DNA of 64,000 nucleotides from Candidatus Thorarchaeota archaeon SMTZ1-45 (GTDB lineage: Archaea; Asgardarchaeota; Thorarchaeia; Thorarchaeales; Thorarchaeaceae). The notes beneath the pieces were generated by a model. It saw only the letters and a list, made by a program, of their open reading frames with translations. It was not told the DNA's origin and made no database searches. The DNA lies in contig LRSL01000058.1 in NCBI GenBank assembly GCA_001563335.1, forward strand, positions 12,648 through 76,647, in the 5' to 3' direction. The translations under genes and the position numbers were made by a program. This document shows positions 58,394 through 64,000 of this stretch, in pieces; the stretch's first letter is position 1, and each line of letters starts with the position of its first letter.

Positions 58394-59359
58394 ATGAAAA
58401 TTGCAGTTCTTACTAGTGGCGGTGATAGTCCTGCGATGAATGCGGCTATTCGAGCTATCACTCGAGTTGGCATTCATCGTAATTGTGAGGTCTTTGGTGT
58501 ATTTGGTGGATTACAAGGTATACTCAATGGACAATTTCATGAGTTAAACTCTCGGTCAGTATCAAGAATATTGCATAGAGGCGGTACAATTCTTACAACT
58601 GGAAGGTCAGAGGAATTCAGAACTGAAGAAGGACAGAAGAAGGCTGCAAAGATTCTTTCAGACCGAGGATTTGATGCACTCATAGCTATAGGAGGCGATG
58701 GTACAATGCGTGCATTAAAGGCACTTAGTAATCACTGGAAGGGCTGGCTAATTGGACTACCAGGGACCATTGATAATGATCTCTATGGTACAGACTACAC
58801 AATAGGATTTGATACAGCTGTTAACAATGCACTCGAAGCTTTGGACAAAATTAGAGATACTGCAGAAGCATTTTCCCGCGTCTTTCTGGTTGAAGTAATG
58901 GGGCGCCATGCAGGATTCATTGCATTTCATGTTGGCTTTGCTACTGGTGCATCAGCAATATTGATGCCAGAAACAACAACAACAATGGAGGAACTCGCCA
59001 ACAAGGTAATTGCTGCAAAGAATCGAGCAAAATCCAGTGTTCTTGTTGTGGTTGCTGAAGGGGATGAACTAGGAAATGCTGATACGATTGGAAAGGCTCT
59101 ATCTGAACGAATTGGAGAAAAATGTAGAGTATCAGTTCTTGGATACATTCAGAGAGGTGGCAATCCAACTCATTTTGACCGGATACTCGCAACTCGCCTC
59201 GGAGCTTATTCAATTGAATGCCTGCTCAATGGAAAACATGGCGGTATGGTTGGGGAAGTAGACGGAAACTTAGTTTTGACACCATTTGAGGACACATGGA
59301 CTATAAAGAAACCGATTGATCAGTGGATGTTAGGTCTTCTTGAGGAATTGTCAGGATAG
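58394..59359 (+). CDS. pfkA: ATP-dependent 6-phosphofructokinase (PfkA family)
   Basis: TSGGDSPAMN, GGDGT, PGTIDND, EVMGR and LGYIQRGG motifs. Confidence 0.95.
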   Translation: MKIAVLTSGGDSPAMNAAIRAITRVGIHRNCEVFGVFGGLQGILNGQFHELNSRSVSRILHRGGTILTTGRSEEFRTEEGQKKAAKILSDRGFDALIAIGGDGTMRALKALSNHWKGWLIGLPGTIDNDLYGTDYTIGFDTAVNNALEALDKIRDTAEAFSRVFLVEVMGRHAGFIAFHVGFATGASAILMPETTTTMEELANKVIAAKNRAKSSVLVVVAEGDELGNADTIGKALSERIGEKCRVSVLGYIQRGGNPTHFDRILATRLGAYSIECLLNGKHGGMVGEVDGNLVLTPFEDTWTIKKPIDQWMLGLLEELSG

Positions 59360-59397
59360 AACTCGGCAGACTAATACGCTAGTGAGTATAGAAGTCT

Positions 59398-59880
59398 ATG
59401 GAGGTTGAGGAATTGGTCTTCAAACACCTTGCAGATTATCATCTTTGGGCTGGTTGGAAAATGAGGGAGCTCCTTAGTGGGTTGGTTTCCGATGATTTCA
59501 CGCAAGAGGTGTTTGGAACAAGCCCTCGTGAACTAGTTCAGCATATAGTATTAGCTCTTGAAACTTGTTTCTACTTCATTGAGGGTGAAAAGGACAAGTC
59601 TGCCTTTGATAGAGTCAAGAGACTGCCCAGACAGGAACTTCTCAAACGCTGGGAGGTCCTTGATACAAGACTAAGTCATGCTATCGAGGAGATACCTCAA
59701 GACAAGATAATGGTGAAGCATATCAAAGAAGAGCCATTTGAGATTGATGTAGTTGATTTCTTCCTTCAATATCTTTTGCACACAACCCATCACAGAGGAC
59801 AGTTGGCTAAAGTCCTAAGCGGGCTGGGTCTTGAGGTTCCAAGCACTGATTATCTTATGTTCTTTGGAGAGCATGAATGA
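59398..59880 (+). CDS. DinB-family protein
   Basis: HI..., HTTHHRGQL and PSTDY motifs. Confidence 0.88.
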   Translation: MEVEELVFKHLADYHLWAGWKMRELLSGLVSDDFTQEVFGTSPRELVQHIVLALETCFYFIEGEKDKSAFDRVKRLPRQELLKRWEVLDTRLSHAIEEIPQDKIMVKHIKEEPFEIDVVDFFLQYLLHTTHHRGQLAKVLSGLGLEVPSTDYLMFFGEHE

Positions 59881-59990
59881 GGCGTTCGGACTATCCGATT
59901 CGAACCTAAATTTTGGGCTCATGAACAGAAACGAATGATTCGAAGACTTTAACTAGTTTCATACTTTAAGGCATTTTAAGGTGGTATTTC

Positions 59991-60647
59991 GTGGACATAA
60001 CAAAATCCCTAAACTGCAGGGAATTGAGGGATTGCGATGTTGTAGACTCAGATGGTCAAAAGGTGGGTCGTATTAATGATATGACCTTTACATTTGATGG
60101 TCAATTAAAACTTGAACAGTTTGTGCTTGCCGGTTCAGCTTGGGAAGAGTTCCTTGAATCAATCAAAATTAAACCTGACAGAGATCCACTATTTGATGCA
60201 TCAATGATTCGTCGGATTGGTGACAAAGTCCAGCTTGAATCGAATGTTAACACTTTGAAGACAACACTTGATAAAGGAGCAATTCCGAAAGGAGAGATTC
60301 GTTGGTCTGAATTGTCAAAGAAACAAATCGTTGACTTGGAAGAAGTCACAATAGGAAAAGCTATTGATATCGACTTTGACATTGATGGGACTGCCTCTCT
60401 AACTGTTGGAGGTGGCATGATAGAAGAAACCCTTGAGAAAATTGGTCTCAAGGATGACATCGATATCATTGTTCCCGCAGAAACAATCGATTCAATTGGT
60501 GACCAGATAAAACTCAAGGTTTCGAAAGACGAGCTCAAACTTACAATGGATCAAGCACTTGAGAATCCCGAAGTTCGTGCGGTAAAAGATAGTAGAGATG
60601 TACATCGAGGTGTTGTGAAAGTACGCCTGTTTCACAAACCTAGATGA
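59991..60647 (+). CDS. Tandem PRC-barrel domain protein
   Basis: Two V.D.dG..IG...D repeats, each ending in I..IGD.I.L. Confidence 0.82.
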   Translation: MDITKSLNCRELRDCDVVDSDGQKVGRINDMTFTFDGQLKLEQFVLAGSAWEEFLESIKIKPDRDPLFDASMIRRIGDKVQLESNVNTLKTTLDKGAIPKGEIRWSELSKKQIVDLEEVTIGKAIDIDFDIDGTASLTVGGGMIEETLEKIGLKDDIDIIVPAETIDSIGDQIKLKVSKDELKLTMDQALENPEVRAVKDSRDVHRGVVKVRLFHKPR

Positions 60648-60828
60648 GAAGCAACCAGTCTTATTTCATATATTCGACAATATTGATGGCTTACAGATTC
60701 ATCAGATACCTTTTTGGTGGAATACGACAGGTTCCTTCATAAATCTCTTACGAGCCTTGATCTGGGTGAGTTCGGTCATTAGTGCTGAACTTTTCGGTGA
60801 GAAGAATGAGCGTAGGTCAAAGAACCAT

Positions 60829-63800
60829 CTACATTCCTTGTATGTATACAACATCTTGAAACCATTTCTCGTGAAAGGCAAACTCCTCAACACCATTCTT
60901 CTTTAAGCACGCAATGATTCGATCAATTCCGCTGAAGTCATTCGTTCTTTGATAGAGAATAAGTGCATTACCAAGAACTCCAATGAGGTCCTTCTTGTGA
61001 ACTCGAGGTTCCTTGGAGGCATGCTCCTCAATAATCTCAAGTGCCTCAGTATAGACCTTTTCAGCTAGTGAGGATCTATCAGTATTATTATACAATATAC
61101 CCAGGTTGTTCAAAACTGATGCAACTCTCGGCAGAAAGAAATTGGGGGATCTTTCTACAAAGCTTCTTCGAATTTTCAATGCATCTTGAAACAGTAACTC
61201 AGCTTCTGATAGACGGTCAGTTTCGCAAAGAAGAACTCCAAGGTTGTTCAGAAAAGTAGCAAAGTGTGGTCGAAACAGATCAGGAGAAATGGTTGAATAT
61301 TTTTCCCCTATTTCACATGCCTCTCTGAGGTACTTCTCTGCTTCTTCCAATCTGTTGGTCTTCTTGAAGTGATATCCAACATTGTTTGTGATTGCTGCAT
61401 ACGTGTCAACGATAAACACAGCATCTGGGTATTTCGTACCCATCTCTTTGGCAATGCTATATGCCTCTTGCAATAGTTCTTCAGCAGATTCCATCTCATT
61501 CATATTAGAATGCACTATTCCAAGATTGTTCAAACTGGCCGCTAGTCTATACCCATATCTGTCAGGATATTTCTTAGCAAGATTTCTCAGGAGATTCACT
61601 GATTCAAGATTACTCTCTTCTGCTTCTGCTAATCGACCAGTTAGAGAGAAAATAACTCCGGACTCTCTGAGAATTCTAGCAAGCATCATTTCGAACGGTT
61701 TGCCTTCTTCAACCCTTTTTTTGAAAATGGGAATAATCTCCTCCAGAATTCTCTCAGCCTTAATGTAACGACCTGTCAGTGTATTGGGTAGTACATAATG
61801 ACTAAGTGCATTCTCCAAACCATATTGAAAATCTGGCATTTCTTTGACTAATTTTTCGATCTCCTTCACATTTTCCTTATCTAATTCATAGCTTTCCTCG
61901 TGCTTATTCTGGAAAAGGATAATGTATCTAAGCAGATGATTAGTCATGGTAATCATCGCCTTTTCTTTACTCGTTTCCAAGATTTCCCTAAGAACTTCTT
62001 GAGCCTCTGAAAATCTTCCAGTTATATTGAGTATAATAGCTAGGCTGTACTGAGCGTGACGGAGAATGGTTTCTCTCCGGTTTTGAAGACCTTTATTTGA
62101 TTCCACAGGTTTTTCCTTGAGAAACGTAAGGACTTCCCTAATGAGCTCCTCAGCCTCCTCAAGACGATAGAGTGATCCCAAAACCTGACCTAGACGATGT
62201 AGAGTAGTAACCAAGAGATCGTCTTTCATGAACGCCTCGAATTCATCTATGGGGTCTGTTTCTCGCACTATCTCTAAGACTTTACGAAAGGCATCCTCAG
62301 TGTCATAGTACTGCTCATTTGCATAGAAAAACACTGCTCGAAACCAGAACGCTCGACCAAGATACAGTTTCTTTTGAATGGGACCTTCCTCAGCGAGTTT
62401 ATTCGCTATCATAAGAGCAGTCTGTGATGACTCGTCTGCATCAACAGGTCTGTTGAGCATGCTGAATATGTAACTTCTCTGAGTTTCTTTTACAATACGA
62501 CCTTCATCTGATTCGACTCTGAAAGCATCAAGCAATCGCATAGCGTTGGTAGTGTCATATTCCCAGAGAAGAGATACGATAATGATGTCGGTTTCCTTGA
62601 GAACTTCTGGTTCCTCGATAAGGGCACGTGCAGATAGACCTAATCCTCGGAGTGTGTAATCTGACTTCTCCTTGGATGCTTCCTCTAGCAACCCTCCTAC
62701 CTCTAGGGCCACATTCTTCAGGTTTCGTCCAAGCTCTGCAATCACCATGTCCTGAGCCAACTCATGTAGTATGAAGTTCTTGTCATCTCTCTCCTTCAAG
62801 AAACTAAGTTTCAGAAATCGATCCCAACTGTCTGATGTCATCTCTGGAGCAATAATTGACATAATCTCCTGATTGAAATATGGAACGACACCTGCACGAT
62901 TGATCATATTTAGTAATCCTTCAGTATGACTAAACAGCCTTCTCCAGACTTTCAATCTGACTTCTGAAAGTGTTCCAGCTCGGAGGTCTTCAATATCCTT
63001 TACAGACACGTCACTTGTTTCAATTATGTCGCAAATGGCTTCAATCACAAAGGGATTGCCGCTGCTTACACTTGTAATTGCATTCTGTAAATTCCTGTCA
63101 TTCACTCCATGCTCTTCCAATAGTTCAATGGTACTAGCTTGATTGAGTTCCGCTAGCTCTTGTTCCTCGAAGTCAAACTCTTTGAGAGTCCCTTTCGGAG
63201 CTGCATGTCTACTAGCCATCACTCCAACAGAACAGGAAAGTGATGAAAGAAAGACACCCCATAGTTCAGCCTCTGAGATCTTCTTCTTTCTATATTTCCA
63301 TCTCTTCTGTTCATTGTCTACAAACTCGAAATGATCCAAAAGGACAAGGAGTGGGTCATCCCTTCTCTTGCGATTGTTCAAATCCTCAAGAAGTGCGTCA
63401 AAATAGATGAACTCAGCGTGACGCGGTTCTTTCCAGAGAATCTCAAGAAGTCTACCAATGTAGTCCTTGCCCAATCGACTCTGTAACCATTCACCTACAT
63501 CTCCGTACTTTGCCTTGATCTTTGGAGCAACCTTCTGTCCAACTGCTGAAATCGCACTCCCTATACTTGCAAGACTACCAATGAATGGGATTGCAACAAG
63601 GACTTCCTTTGCCCATTCTCGACCACTTTCCTTGGCTGGCTCTACTCCCTCGACAAACCTTTTCCTAATATGCCATAGAATGTCAAAACGCCTGAGATGG
63701 ATGCCTAAACGGACTGCTGCTCTCGCTAGTACATCTAATCGGCTGTAGAACTCTGGATATTGCTCACAATCAAGACGGAGTGATGTTTCAACACTTCTGC

Positions 63801-63960
63801 GCCAATAATCAATGAGTGAACTCTTTCCAATGCCACCTATTCCTCGCAGGTGTAGAACAACAGTTTTTTCCTTGCATCGTTCAAGAGCTCGTTCCATCCA
63901 ATCGATATACTCCTCTCTGTCCACAAACACCTTTTCAGCTGGTTCAAAGTGTTCGTACAA
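60829..63960 (-). CDS. P-loop NTPase (STAND-like) fused to C-terminal TPR repeats
   Basis: FVDRE, GIGGIGKS (Walker A), LLVLLD (Walker B), SGNP, LHEL and repeated A..LNNLG..L TPR units. Confidence 0.88.
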   Translation of the reverse strand: MYEHFEPAEKVFVDREEYIDWMERALERCKEKTVVLHLRGIGGIGKSSLIDYWRRSVETSLRLDCEQYPEFYSRLDVLARAAVRLGIHLRRFDILWHIRKRFVEGVEPAKESGREWAKEVLVAIPFIGSLASIGSAISAVGQKVAPKIKAKYGDVGEWLQSRLGKDYIGRLLEILWKEPRHAEFIYFDALLEDLNNRKRRDDPLLVLLDHFEFVDNEQKRWKYRKKKISEAELWGVFLSSLSCSVGVMASRHAAPKGTLKEFDFEEQELAELNQASTIELLEEHGVNDRNLQNAITSVSSGNPFVIEAICDIIETSDVSVKDIEDLRAGTLSEVRLKVWRRLFSHTEGLLNMINRAGVVPYFNQEIMSIIAPEMTSDSWDRFLKLSFLKERDDKNFILHELAQDMVIAELGRNLKNVALEVGGLLEEASKEKSDYTLRGLGLSARALIEEPEVLKETDIIIVSLLWEYDTTNAMRLLDAFRVESDEGRIVKETQRSYIFSMLNRPVDADESSQTALMIANKLAEEGPIQKKLYLGRAFWFRAVFFYANEQYYDTEDAFRKVLEIVRETDPIDEFEAFMKDDLLVTTLHRLGQVLGSLYRLEEAEELIREVLTFLKEKPVESNKGLQNRRETILRHAQYSLAIILNITGRFSEAQEVLREILETSKEKAMITMTNHLLRYIILFQNKHEESYELDKENVKEIEKLVKEMPDFQYGLENALSHYVLPNTLTGRYIKAERILEEIIPIFKKRVEEGKPFEMMLARILRESGVIFSLTGRLAEAEESNLESVNLLRNLAKKYPDRYGYRLAASLNNLGIVHSNMNEMESAEELLQEAYSIAKEMGTKYPDAVFIVDTYAAITNNVGYHFKKTNRLEEAEKYLREACEIGEKYSTISPDLFRPHFATFLNNLGVLLCETDRLSEAELLFQDALKIRRSFVERSPNFFLPRVASVLNNLGILYNNTDRSSLAEKVYTEALEIIEEHASKEPRVHKKDLIGVLGNALILYQRTNDFSGIDRIIACLKKNGVEEFAFHEKWFQDVVYIQGM

Positions 63961-64000
63961 CCTCCTTTCCTCACATGCAATACAAAGCTTAGGCAGAAGT

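Noticed and set aside
59881-59910. GGTTCGAATC on the - strand resembling a tRNA T-loop
   Set aside because: No T-stem, acceptor stem or cloverleaf; only a weak local hairpin.
1-64000. CRISPR arrays, IS/transposases, rRNA and tRNA genes
   Set aside because: No regularly spaced repeats, transposase motifs or recognisable stable-RNA signatures were seen.

Overview
Archaeal chromosomal window, about 40% GC by eye and densely coding. Gene content (giant Ig-repeat surface protein, Rab-like protein, LRR/TPR/STAND proteins, archaeal TyrRS, IOR, geranylgeranyl reductase) is most consistent with an Asgard archaeon, probably Thorarchaeia (inference). Left to right: the 3' end of a paralogous giant gene, a 2560-aa membrane-anchored Ig-repeat protein, tyrS, a DUF362/UbiA-phosphoribosyltransferase/PHP/UPF0104 operon, a pseudo-Rab/TIGR00725/PPP-phosphatase operon, a PIN protein, an unannotated structured ncRNA candidate (~18570-18830), an FtsX/LolD-type ABC pair, and a large redox island (DUF438, Fe-S protein, HxlR, LLM, thioredoxins, two ferritin-like genes, iorAB, atypical TrxR, broken trxB, PDO, dsrEFH-like genes). 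Two long intergenic regions (42157-42717 and 45755-47350) share a strongly enriched GTA[AC]ACG motif and carry RNA structures. Then come orphan receiver genes around a TPR protein, housekeeping genes (corA, pfkA) and a STAND-TPR protein. No tRNA, rRNA, CRISPR array or transposase was recognised. All family calls come from motif reading without database searches.
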